DNA of 64,000 bases, taken from contig CAZMQX010000001.1 in the NCBI GenBank assembly GCA_964568745.1, positions 13,408-77,407 on the forward strand, given 5' to 3'. The notes under the pieces were generated by a model. The model was given only the letters and a program-made list of their open reading frames with translations, made no database searches and had not been told where the DNA came from. The stretch comes from an uncultured Candidatus Saccharibacteria bacterium. Lineage in GTDB: Bacteria; Patescibacteriota; Saccharimonadia; Saccharimonadales; Saccharimonadaceae. Below, piece after piece: positions 29,011-38,074 of this stretch. Both the position numbers and the translations under genes were made by a program. Every line of letters begins with the position of its first letter. The first letter of the stretch is position 1.

Positions 29011-30450
29011 TCAGAGGCTACGAGCGACTTGATTTAGGCGGGCCAACGTAGCCTCTCTTCCGAGCACCGCCATAGTGAGATTGAGTGCTGGGCTAAAGGG
29101 TGCAAAACTGATAGCGATACGAATAAGGCTAAACAGCTCGGCTGGTTTTTTGCCAGTATCAGCCAAAAGTTCATTTAAGGCGCTCTGCAAATTATCAGCA
29201 TTCCATGAGTCTAGCGCAGTGAGTTTGGCTATGGTGAGTTTAAGTAGGGATTCGATCTCGGATTCGGATAATTTTTTGATGAATTTGTTTTCTAGTAACA
29301 TAGCAAGATCGATCATCGGCTCTGCGAAGAAGTAGGCGGTCATGCTCCTAAGGTCCGACAAGGTCTTTAGACGATCGTAGATGATCGAGAGGACCTGAAT
29401 TTTGTATTCATCGCTACTATCTTTGGCAACTTCAGGCCAAAATCCGTCTGTCTTGGCATAGAGCGACTCAACGCCCTCTTCATCGAAAATCTTACGGATC
29501 CACTGACCATTTAGCCAGAGCAGTTTAGTCTCATCATAACGCGCACCAGAATTCTGAATACGGTCGAGCGAAAAGGCTTGAATTAACTCGTCTTTGCTGT
29601 AGATTTCTTGCTCGGTGCCATCATTCCAGCCTAGACAGGCTAGATAATTAAGCATGGCTTCGGGGAGTACTCCGTCTTCACGATATTCAGTAACGGATTT
29701 GGCACCGTCACGTTTGCCAAGTTTTTTGTTGCCACTAGGCGCTAGGATGTGGGGAAGGGAAACTATCTTGGGCGGAGTAATACCCAGTGCTTCATAAATA
29801 GCTAAATAATTCGGGGTGCTGGATAGATATTCTACCCCTCGCATCAAATGAGTGACTCCCATCTCATAATCGTCAATAATATGTGCAAAATTATAGGTGG
29901 GGTAACCGTCCTTTTTGATGAGAATAATGTCGTCTAAGACTTCTGGGCCGGTGTGCATGTCGCCCATGATTTCATCATGCCAGCTATAGGCTTTTGGCTC
30001 TGCTTTGAACCTAAGTGGCAGACCTGGCTCCCATTCAGGCGGATTTTCAGGACGGTAATTACGGTAGAGAAAGGGGGTCTTTTTATCACTACATTCTTTG
30101 CGATAGACGTCTAATTGCTCTGGCGAGGTGGGGTCAGCATAAGCTCGGCCCATAGCGATAAGTTTGCGTGCCCATTCGTGGTAGATCTCCATGCGCTCGC
30201 TCTGGAAATATGGTCCATGCGGACCGCCCACGATGGGGCCTTCGTCCCAATTGATATCCAACCATTCTAGAGTGTCTTCGATCAGCTCGGTGGCTCCTTC
30301 GACATAGCGAGCACGATCGGTATCTTCAATCCTGAGGATTAGTTTGCCATTATTCTGGCGGGCAAGAAGATAGGGATAGATAGCTGACCGTACGTTGCCT
30401 ATGTGAATATAGCCAGTGGGGCTGGGTGCAAATCTCGTCACAATACTCAT
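29011..30450 (-). CDS. gltX: Glutamate--tRNA ligase
   Basis: RFAPSPTG.IHIG (HIGH), LRIEDTD, KLGKR (KMSKS-like); start at ATG 30450. Confidence 0.96.
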   Translation of the reverse strand: MSIVTRFAPSPTGYIHIGNVRSAIYPYLLARQNNGKLILRIEDTDRARYVEGATELIEDTLEWLDINWDEGPIVGGPHGPYFQSERMEIYHEWARKLIAMGRAYADPTSPEQLDVYRKECSDKKTPFLYRNYRPENPPEWEPGLPLRFKAEPKAYSWHDEIMGDMHTGPEVLDDIILIKKDGYPTYNFAHIIDDYEMGVTHLMRGVEYLSSTPNYLAIYEALGITPPKIVSLPHILAPSGNKKLGKRDGAKSVTEYREDGVLPEAMLNYLACLGWNDGTEQEIYSKDELIQAFSLDRIQNSGARYDETKLLWLNGQWIRKIFDEEGVESLYAKTDGFWPEVAKDSSDEYKIQVLSIIYDRLKTLSDLRSMTAYFFAEPMIDLAMLLENKFIKKLSESEIESLLKLTIAKLTALDSWNADNLQSALNELLADTGKKPAELFSLIRIAISFAPFSPALNLTMAVLGREATLARLNQVARSL

Positions 30451-30476
30451 AGATTTATTATAACATTGGTGAAGCA

Positions 30477-30502
30477 TAAAAAAAAGCCCCCAGATGGGGG
30501 GC
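30477..30502 (-). terminator. Intrinsic terminator
   Basis: gccccc-agatg-gggggc with an A-tract on its left (U-tract on the minus strand). Confidence 0.7.
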
Positions 30503-30505
30503 AGT

Positions 30506-31495
30506 TTATACTAGTTCGTCCTCTTCTTCGTCTTCGTCATCTTCTTTGCGCTTGGCTAGGATAAAGAAGAACATGCCAGTGGCCGCAGCGACCGAAGCAG
30601 TAGTGGCGAGACCAGAGACTAATGATGAGCCTTCACTTATCGATGAGCTAACATCCTCGATCACGCCCTGTGGAGCTTGATATCCGTCGTACGAACTTAC
30701 GTTGTTACCGTCGCTAACCTGGGTGGTGGTGGTCGAAGTAGCCGAGGAGCCCGAACCAGAAGTGCGTGAATAGGTATAGACTGTCGAGCCGTTAGCTCCA
30801 CCAGTTGGCGATGGGGTGTATTGGGCAACATTCTCGGTATTTCCTGGAGTGGCTGGATTTGTAGGTGTAACTGGGTTCGTGTTATTATCAATTACTCCAG
30901 TGACTACGCTAATAATAACCGTGCCGGCATAGGTACCGGCTACTTTATTGGCGTCAGCTTTAGCACCAAAGTAAACATCCTGAGAACCAGTAGAAGTACC
31001 GGCCGCGGCCGAAATTAAGGTGATCGGGCTTGAGCTGGTGCTGACCATCGGACGATAAGTGCCAGTATAAGAAGTATCGTCTAATGAATAACCCCAGTAA
31101 TTAGCTGGAAATGCGCTGCAAGCAGCGCTAGAACAAGTATAACTGCTGCCGCTTGTCAACGTTGGCAATGTTTCTGTGTTGCGAGTAGTATTAGTAAGAT
31201 TGGTTGTACCCTGCGAATACATAGACGCCGTAAAACCATTGGAATTATTTGTGGAAACATTGACATTGATGGTATTGCGCAAAAAAGTGTTCACATCACC
31301 TGTGGCCCAATTAGTAGGCGTAGTGACAGAAACAGAAAGGGTCTCCCTAACGTTTACCTCAAAAGTCGTGTCACACGTGGCATTGGCACATGTGATCGCC
31401 TCTACATGCTGAAAAATAAAAATAAACGAGATGCAGATTAGCGTACACGCGAGGCTGGTTAAACTTAGTGTGACCTTAGTTTTTGTCTTAAGCAT
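30506..31495 (-). CDS. Secreted/anchored Ser-Thr-rich surface protein (WxL/pilin-like beta domain)
   Basis: Signal peptide, NYWGYS and YFGAKA...AGTYAGTV motifs, C-terminal TM plus acidic tail; start at ATG 31495. Confidence 0.6.
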   Translation of the reverse strand: MLKTKTKVTLSLTSLACTLICISFIFIFQHVEAITCANATCDTTFEVNVRETLSVSVTTPTNWATGDVNTFLRNTINVNVSTNNSNGFTASMYSQGTTNLTNTTRNTETLPTLTSGSSYTCSSAACSAFPANYWGYSLDDTSYTGTYRPMVSTSSSPITLISAAAGTSTGSQDVYFGAKADANKVAGTYAGTVIISVVTGVIDNNTNPVTPTNPATPGNTENVAQYTPSPTGGANGSTVYTYSRTSGSGSSATSTTTTQVSDGNNVSSYDGYQAPQGVIEDVSSSISEGSSLVSGLATTASVAAATGMFFFILAKRKEDDEDEEEDELV

Positions 31496-31608
31496 GATTC
31501 CATTATACACAACCGTTTTGTTTTTTGCAATGTTTTTTTGTTTTTTCGGCAAAAAATGTGGAAAAAAGTTATGTTTTTTAGTATAATTAGATAAAAGTGG
31601 AGTTAACA

Positions 31609-32874
31609 ATGCAAAAAGATCACGTCAAAAAAACTATTACCCAAGAAGAGCTTGCACAGGCCTTTACTGGTGAGGTGGCTATGCCAGCCGAGAAGACCAA
31701 GAAAAAATCCAAGATCTCCGAGCGTACGTTGGCTATTTTTCTCATCGTCGGTGTGGTTCTGCTGACAGCAGGATGCGCGATGCTAGCATTTGGCATTTTG
31801 AATCTTGGCGAATCCGCGAGCGATGTCGAATACCCCGATCTCAAAGCCGAAAAGGACGCGCAAAAATATTACAGCCCTTTGACTGGCCAATCCATAGAGA
31901 CGGAGTCTGACGTTACTGCGCCGATCTATTGCATACAGACTCCAAACGGCACCGATGGAGCAAGGCCACAAGCAGGACTAAATCAAGCTGGTGTGATATT
32001 TGAGGCAATTGCCGAAGCCGGCATCACCCGTTTTGCGGCAATCTATCAAAATCCGACTTCATCAGTGATTGGCCCGATTCGTTCACTCCGTATTTATTAT
32101 CTTGAATGGGATACTCCGTTTGACTGCACCATTGTGCATGCGGGTGGTTCGGGAGATGCGCTAGCGGCGGTATCAGACGGTGGGTACAAGGACCTGACTG
32201 AAGATTATACCTACATGTACCGCGGGACTAGCGGTAGTAGATTATGGAATAATCTATTCACGACTGCCAGCAATCTAAAACGTTTTAGCTCTGATCGGGG
32301 GTATGATAAGTCTGAAGCCAAGGGCTTTGCACGAATGACACCAGATGAATCGCAGAAGGCACGAGTAGACGAGCAGGTGAGCGAGAAACTAGTCATCACT
32401 AAGCCCGCCAAAGGGAATACATCGGAGCTAAAACCTACAGTAACTACGATCGGTCTAAGATTTGGCGGGTTGCCTAATTATAATGTAGACTATGCTTATG
32501 ACGCTAATTCTAACACCTACCATAGAAGTTATCAGAGTGGGGTAGCGCACGAAGTCTATAATTGTCCGCCCGATGATCTCGGCGAGAAAAACCCTGAGAG
32601 TGTCTGCTCACTAGTGCAAATGGCGCCTACGGTAGTGGTAGCAATGGTTGTTTCAGAACACCGTGCTTCGGATAACTATCACGAAGATATCACCGCTATC
32701 GGTTCGGGTGATGCCTACATCTTTCAAAATGGTGGAGTGAAGCAGGGCACTTGGAAGAAGGCTTCCCGCGAGGCGCAAATTGAGTTTGTTAACACGAACG
32801 GGGAATCAATAAAATTAGCGCCTGGGCAGACAATTATTTCCGCGGTGCCAACCTATGGTAGTGTTGACTTTTAG
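31609..32874 (+). CDS. DUF3048-domain membrane-anchored protein
   Basis: One TM, SPLTG, ARPQAGLNQA..IFE..AE.GITRF, GPIRS.R, HAGGS. Confidence 0.85.
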   Translation: MQKDHVKKTITQEELAQAFTGEVAMPAEKTKKKSKISERTLAIFLIVGVVLLTAGCAMLAFGILNLGESASDVEYPDLKAEKDAQKYYSPLTGQSIETESDVTAPIYCIQTPNGTDGARPQAGLNQAGVIFEAIAEAGITRFAAIYQNPTSSVIGPIRSLRIYYLEWDTPFDCTIVHAGGSGDALAAVSDGGYKDLTEDYTYMYRGTSGSRLWNNLFTTASNLKRFSSDRGYDKSEAKGFARMTPDESQKARVDEQVSEKLVITKPAKGNTSELKPTVTTIGLRFGGLPNYNVDYAYDANSNTYHRSYQSGVAHEVYNCPPDDLGEKNPESVCSLVQMAPTVVVAMVVSEHRASDNYHEDITAIGSGDAYIFQNGGVKQGTWKKASREAQIEFVNTNGESIKLAPGQTIISAVPTYGSVDF

Positions 32875-32952
32875 GGTCGGTGTGCTATAATGAAAAAGTG
32901 CACCTAACCCCCCTTGGGTGCACACTTGGTATAAGGGGTATTGTTACAATGT

Positions 32953-33028
32953 GGCCTCGTCGTCTAGTGGTTAGGACGTCTGGTTCTCATCCAGAAAATC
33001 GCGGGTTCGACTCCCGCCGAGGTCACCA
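32953..33028 (+). tRNA. tRNA-Glu (CTC)
   Basis: GGCCTCG acceptor, anticodon stem tctgg-TT CTC AT-ccaga, GGTTCGACTCC, encoded CCA. Confidence 0.97.
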
Positions 33029-33112
33029 ATAAAAAAGGCGCCTATGCCTTATTTTTATTGGTGACGAGAAGGGAGAAACGAAGTTACTCCCGCCGAGGTC
33101 ACCAATAAAAAA
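33010..33112. repeat. Direct / inverted / direct copies of the tRNA-Glu 3' end
   Basis: 27-bp direct repeat actcccgccgaggtcaccaataaaaaa (33010-36 and 33086-112); 14-bp inverted arm gtcaccaataaaaa/tttttattggtgac between them. Confidence 0.85.
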
Positions 33113-33136
33113 AGAGGGCGCTTGCGGGGGGCGAAT

Positions 33137-34081
33137 TTAAAGCACCAAAGTAAAAGTTGTCTTTGCCCTATCGCTTTTACAATTTATGTTCCACCCATTC
33201 TGGTCACAAAGTGCTTTAGCAATGGCGAGTCCGAGTCCCGAGCCGTCTTTCGTCTTATCACTTTGATAAAATCGATCAAAAACTTTTTCTTGATCTTTAC
33301 TGGAGATTGTGGCACCATCATTTGCGACCATTATTTTGTTTCTTTCCAATGTCACTGTTATCTTTTTGTTCCCATACTTCGTGGCGTTATCCAGTAGTAT
33401 ATCTAGGACCTGCAGAATGTCTTGTTTTGGCAAAAACAAGGGCTTTGAGCCGTCGTTGTACTCAAATAAGATATCACCAGAAAATTTTGGTTTGAACATT
33501 TCGATGCGTTTTTTCAACTCGGCTTTTAGGTCCACTTCTTTAGATACACTTTTCTTTATGTTGCCGGCATCCATTTTTGCAAGCTGTAAAAGGTCTAGGA
33601 CCAATTTATTCGCATGATCGATCTCGTCTTCAATATTGGACTTCCATTTTCTATTTTCTTCATCCACATCTAAAGCTTCGACATTTGCCCCAATAACCGC
33701 GAGCGGTGTTTTGAGCTCGTGCGAGGCGTTGGCGATGAATAACTTCTGTTTGTCATAAGAATCTTTTACTGGCGCAATAATTTTTTGTGACGCAAAATAA
33801 GTGATCAGAAAAGTAGCCACTTCGATAACAGCCCCAACACAAAGCAAAGTGGCAAAAAGACGCGCGCTGCCATCTTCGCGATCGTCCTGGATGTAAGCTC
33901 TTAATTCCTGTTCATCGTAAGGCATAGGGGTCGGCATGCTGAGGTCCGGTTCGGAAAATGGCTTTGGCTCTGGGCGCGTCATCGACGAGAAAATCATAAT
34001 CAAAGTACCGGATAAAACAAGAATAATGGTAGTGACAACCATGGTGATGATGATTATGCGGTTTCTTAACTTCTTAAACAT
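33137..34081 (-). CDS. Sensor histidine kinase (CiaH-like)
   Basis: Two TMs, FIANASHELKTPL H-box, LLDNATKY, FDRFY, GSGLGLAIA. Confidence 0.93.
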   Translation of the reverse strand: MFKKLRNRIIIITMVVTTIILVLSGTLIMIFSSMTRPEPKPFSEPDLSMPTPMPYDEQELRAYIQDDREDGSARLFATLLCVGAVIEVATFLITYFASQKIIAPVKDSYDKQKLFIANASHELKTPLAVIGANVEALDVDEENRKWKSNIEDEIDHANKLVLDLLQLAKMDAGNIKKSVSKEVDLKAELKKRIEMFKPKFSGDILFEYNDGSKPLFLPKQDILQVLDILLDNATKYGNKKITVTLERNKIMVANDGATISSKDQEKVFDRFYQSDKTKDGSGLGLAIAKALCDQNGWNINCKSDRAKTTFTLVL

Positions 34082-34741
34082 TTATTTATCCGTTAGTTTA
34101 TATCCAAGGCCCCGAACAGTGATAATTCTTGCTTTGCTATGGATTTTCTTTAATAGTTTGCGGATTCTAGAGATGTAAGATTCTACATAATTATCCTCGC
34201 CGAGACCCATTTCTCCCCAAACTTTGGCGAGCAAATGCTCTTTGCTAATTAACACTTCTGGTGATTTTATAAATTCAGTGACAATTTCTGCTTCCTTTGC
34301 AGTGAGCTGCTCCCCATTTAGAGTCGCGTTTGTTTTATTTAGCACCAAATCGCCGTACGTGATATCTGAAACGTCAATATTTTTTGGACGGCGAACCACG
34401 GCTTTAATTCTTGCCACAAGTTCTGCGGTCTTAAATGGCTTAGCGAGATAATCATCGGCACCGTGATCTAAGTGGCTGATTTTGCTCTCCACCTCAGATA
34501 ATGCCGAAAGCATGATGACGGGTGTTTGGATTTTTTTCTCGCGCATACGTTTCAAAATATCCGTACCAGAAAACTTCGGTAGCATAATATCTAAAACAAC
34601 GCAGTCGTAAATATCGCTCATGGCGTTTTCTAGGCCATCTTCACCATTATCCACGAGGTCGACCGAGATGCCTTGTTTTTCTAGGTTGTATTTTACGGCT
34701 TCAGCCAAGAAAGTCGCGTCTTCTACATAGAGTACTCGCAT
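34082..34741 (-). CDS. OmpR-family response regulator
   Basis: VED, VLDIMLP, GADDYLAKPF, winged-helix TVRGLGY. Confidence 0.95.
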   Translation of the reverse strand: MRVLYVEDATFLAEAVKYNLEKQGISVDLVDNGEDGLENAMSDIYDCVVLDIMLPKFSGTDILKRMREKKIQTPVIMLSALSEVESKISHLDHGADDYLAKPFKTAELVARIKAVVRRPKNIDVSDITYGDLVLNKTNATLNGEQLTAKEAEIVTEFIKSPEVLISKEHLLAKVWGEMGLGEDNYVESYISRIRKLLKKIHSKARIITVRGLGYKLTDK

Positions 34742-34782
34742 AATTATTCTCCTTATTTAATTATAATATAATTCTGCGCTTT

Positions 34783-34836
34783 CAAGCTAAAACCAAGCTG
34801 AAAATACCTTCCGGTATATTTTAAGATTTTTTTCAG
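34783..34836. promoter_or_regulatory. Putative response-regulator boxes in the divergent promoter
   Basis: TTTAAG-5nt-TTTCAG (34820-36) and caagct repeated at 11-bp spacing (34783, 34794), similar to the streptococcal CiaR TTTAAG-N5-TTTAAG box. Confidence 0.45.
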
Positions 34837-34886
34837 GTAAATCGGTGATAATGGTGTTGTATAATAATTAAAAAGGAGGATTTCCC

Positions 34887-35162
34887 ATGGAAAACGATAA
34901 GATCAAAAACAAGGACATTGCGAAAGAAAAAATTATTCTTTTCGTAATTGGTGTGCTGGTTGGTGCTGTTATTTCAACTGCGGCATTCTTTGTCTATGCC
35001 AAGACTTTGGGGGCTGACAGCAGCGCCAATAGTTCATCATCACAACAAATGCCCGGTGGCACTCCGCCAGAAAAACCAAGTGGCAATAACTCCGGAAATG
35101 ACCAAGATGGCACTCCGCCGGAAAAGCCAAGCGACGATAATGACTCAAAAAGCGATAGTTAA
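34887..35162 (+). CDS. Small membrane-anchored protein with duplicated GTPPEKPS
   Basis: SD AAGGAGG, one TM, 23-bp imperfect direct repeat at 35058-80 and 35109-31. Confidence 0.75.
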   Translation: MENDKIKNKDIAKEKIILFVIGVLVGAVISTAAFFVYAKTLGADSSANSSSSQQMPGGTPPEKPSGNNSGNDQDGTPPEKPSDDNDSKSDS

Positions 35163-35175
35163 AGGGGGGGTCATA

Positions 35176-36522
35176 GTGAATAAGAAGGACAAAATAGCGT
35201 ATGCCGCTATAATCACCACCCTGACGGCGACCTTAGCAATGCTGTGGCTGTTGACTATCAATACAATAAACTCCGTCTATGAGGGTTCTAATGACAAAGG
35301 CGTGTCGCAGGTGCCGGGTGGTGGATCTTCATCTGTAGACTATTCATCGATCAAAGAGATTACTTCCGATGAGGTTGTCACGAGCGGCGAGTTTTCTTCG
35401 GCTAGTGCCGATGAGAACGTTATCCTTGCGTCTGGGGACATCACGGCGACTTTGTCGGGCATCACGGTCACTAAGACTGGCGATTCGGATGGTGGCGATA
35501 ATACTAGTTTTTATGGTACTAACTCAGCAATCATCGCTAAGGACGGCGCGAATCTAACTATCAAGAATGCCCGCATCACAACTAATGCTACCGGTGCCAA
35601 CGGAGTGTTTTCTTATGGCGGTTCGGCAACCACGAATAATTCGTCTTCAGACGACACTACGGTGAATATATCTGATTCGGTCATCACCACCAACAAAGAT
35701 AACTCCGGAGGTATCATGACTACCGGTGGCGGCATTATGAACGCGGATAATCTCACCGTCACTACGAGTGGTACTTCGAGCGCGGCAATTCGTTCGGACC
35801 GTGGCGGGGGGACGGTTACGGTAAATGGTGGAACTTACAAAACTACCGGCAAGGGTTCTCCGGCTATCTATTCTACGGCGGACATTACTGTAAAAAATGC
35901 CACGCTCACCGCAACGGCTTCTGAGGGGGCGATTATCGAGGGCAAAAACAGTATCACGCTTGAAAACGTTGATCTCACAGACACAAATAACGAACTGAAC
36001 GGACAGTCGACAACTTATAAGAATATATTTCTGTATCAATCGATGTCTGGCGACGCGGCTTCGGGTGAGGCGGTTTTTACGGCCAAGAACTCTACGATCA
36101 CCACCAATAAGGGAGACAACTTCTATGTTACCAACACCACAGCTACGATCAACTTGGAGAACAACAAAATCATCAATAACGACTCGGCTGGCAATTTTCT
36201 TAGAATTCAAGCTGATTCGTGGGGTAATTCTGGCAGCAATGGTGGTACCGTCACATTGAATCTAACCAATCAATCTGCCACCGGAAAAATTGTGGTAGAC
36301 TCAATTTCTACATTGACGATGAATCTTAAAACTGGGGCTTCATTCAAAGGCGTGATTAATAACGAAAATGCTGGCGAAGTATTTCTATCCTTGGATAGTT
36401 CTAGCACCATTACCCTAACCGGTGACACATATATAAAATCACTCACCAATGCAGACGCGAGCAATAGCAATATTCACACGAATGGCTACAAGCTATATGT
36501 GGATGGCGTATTGCTAAAGTGA
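35176..36522 (+). CDS. Secreted Ser/Thr/Gly/Asn-rich beta-helix-like protein
   Basis: GTG 35176 after a G-rich SD; TM/signal, repetitive ITT.G..S.AI turns. Confidence 0.7.
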   Translation: MNKKDKIAYAAIITTLTATLAMLWLLTINTINSVYEGSNDKGVSQVPGGGSSSVDYSSIKEITSDEVVTSGEFSSASADENVILASGDITATLSGITVTKTGDSDGGDNTSFYGTNSAIIAKDGANLTIKNARITTNATGANGVFSYGGSATTNNSSSDDTTVNISDSVITTNKDNSGGIMTTGGGIMNADNLTVTTSGTSSAAIRSDRGGGTVTVNGGTYKTTGKGSPAIYSTADITVKNATLTATASEGAIIEGKNSITLENVDLTDTNNELNGQSTTYKNIFLYQSMSGDAASGEAVFTAKNSTITTNKGDNFYVTNTTATINLENNKIINNDSAGNFLRIQADSWGNSGSNGGTVTLNLTNQSATGKIVVDSISTLTMNLKTGASFKGVINNENAGEVFLSLDSSSTITLTGDTYIKSLTNADASNSNIHTNGYKLYVDGVLLK

Positions 36523-36597
36523 TGAGGGGGCAAATTATAACATTGAACCCGAATCGTTGATTTTACGAGAGGTAATCTTTATGGTATAATATTTATT

Positions 36598-37989
36598 ATG
36601 AAGAGATTGCCTATCGTAGCGTTGATTGGTCAGACGAATGCTGGAAAATCGAGCATCCTGAATCGTTTGGCGCGCAAAAATATCGCCATTGTAGCACGCG
36701 AGGAGGGAACTACGCGCGATAATGTTGTGGCAACGATAGATGATAGTTTTATTTTGATAGATACTGCTGGTCTGAAAGACCCGTCTGATGATTTTGAGGC
36801 ATCGATCCAAGAACAGATCAGTGACGCGATCGATGCGGCCGATGTAATATTGGTCACATTGGATTCGTCGAAATATTTTGATCATCGTGACGCAAAAATT
36901 GCCAAGGATGCGCTCCGTTCTAAAAAGCCGGTTTTGCTCGTTTTGAATAAGTGCGACTTAGGCGAGTCATTGCCGATAGAAGAATTTCGCGCCCTCGGTA
37001 TTGCGCCAGAGAACACTTTTTATATTTCGGCGACGACTGGACAGGGTATTGACAGCCTGAAAAGGCAATTGGAATATGGTTTTTCTCGGGACGGCGTCGC
37101 TCCATCCCGTCGTCACGGGCGGAGCGCGCCTTCATCCTCGGTCGTAACCTCCGGACACCCTCAAAAAACATATTCCCAATTGCCTTTTTGTCAAACTCCC
37201 CTGAAAATCGCTCTGATCGGGCGGCCGAATGTCGGGAAGTCGTCGCTTTTTAATGCTCTGGGGAAGAAACAGCAGGCGATCGTGAGTTCAAAACAGGGAA
37301 CCACGCGCGATGTAAATCGTGTATCCGTGAAGTACAAGGGACGAGAGCTTGAGATTTTAGACACGGCGGGCCTGAGAAAGCCAGGGAAGCGCGAAGTGGG
37401 GATCGAAAAGTTCTCAGCGATTCGTACTTTAGCGGCGATTGAGGAGGCGGATATTTGTTGTCTTCTCGTCGATGCTACCGAGCCGCACGCTAAGCTCGAC
37501 CAAACTCTCGCTGGACAGATCGTTGAAGCCGGTAAAGGTATAATCATGGTGGTGACCAAAGTAGACTTACTGAAGTCGTCAGCTGAGGATTCGAATACAC
37601 TTCTTGATGACCTTGAGCGAGATTTTGACTTTTTGCCGTTTGCGCCGGTGGTATTGACTAGCTCTGAGACAGGGGAGAATGTCACAAGATTATTTGAACT
37701 AGCACTCCAGATAGACGAATCAAGACACCAAGAGGTCAAAACTTCAGAACTCAATAAGATCCTCGGCGATGCGATGGTGAGCCACCCGCCGGCTGGCCTC
37801 AAAAATACAAGACCAAAACCAAAATACATCGTGCAAACTGATACTTGCCCACCGTGGTTTGTGGTACATGGTCACGACCTAGGGTTGCTACATTGGTCGT
37901 GGAAGCGATTTTTGGAGCGCAAAATCCGTGAAAAATACCCGTTTATTGGTACTCCGATCATGTTTTCTTTTCGAAACGACCAAAAATAA
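36598..37989 (+). CDS. der: Ribosome biogenesis GTPase Der (EngA) with an in-frame palindromic insertion in the GD1-GD2 linker
   Basis: Two G-domains (GQTNAGKS, DTAG, NKCD; GRPNVGKS, DTAG, TKVD) and KH-like C-terminus. Confidence 0.96.
   Translation: MKRLPIVALIGQTNAGKSSILNRLARKNIAIVAREEGTTRDNVVATIDDSFILIDTAGLKDPSDDFEASIQEQISDAIDAADVILVTLDSSKYFDHRDAKIAKDALRSKKPVLLVLNKCDLGESLPIEEFRALGIAPENTFYISATTGQGIDSLKRQLEYGFSRDGVAPSRRHGRSAPSSSVVTSGHPQKTYSQLPFCQTPLKIALIGRPNVGKSSLFNALGKKQQAIVSSKQGTTRDVNRVSVKYKGRELEILDTAGLRKPGKREVGIEKFSAIRTLAAIEEADICCLLVDATEPHAKLDQTLAGQIVEAGKGIIMVVTKVDLLKSSAEDSNTLLDDLERDFDFLPFAPVVLTSSETGENVTRLFELALQIDESRHQEVKTSELNKILGDAMVSHPPAGLKNTRPKPKYIVQTDTCPPWFVVHGHDLGLLHWSWKRFLERKIREKYPFIGTPIMFSFRNDQK
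37060..37188. repeat. Palindromic element E4 (diverged family A), in frame in der
   Basis: 13-bp perfect arms aaaaggcaattgg/ccaattgcctttt; 79-nt core 37084-37162 shares blocks tctcggg, gcgtcgctc, cccgtcg, cacggg, gcgcgc, ctccg, ccctc with 11535-11613. Confidence 0.88.
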
Positions 37990-38074
37990 GGTTTTTTGTG
38001 GTAAAATATAGGTAAGGTGGGAGTACAAAGGTACTCTTTTTTAAGAGCACGTACTTTAAAAAGGAGGGGATAGC

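Noticed and set aside
33010-36522. Intact prophage or ICE at tRNA-Glu
   Set aside because: The direct repeats are only ~50 bp apart, there is no distal att copy, and no integrase or phage genes are present.
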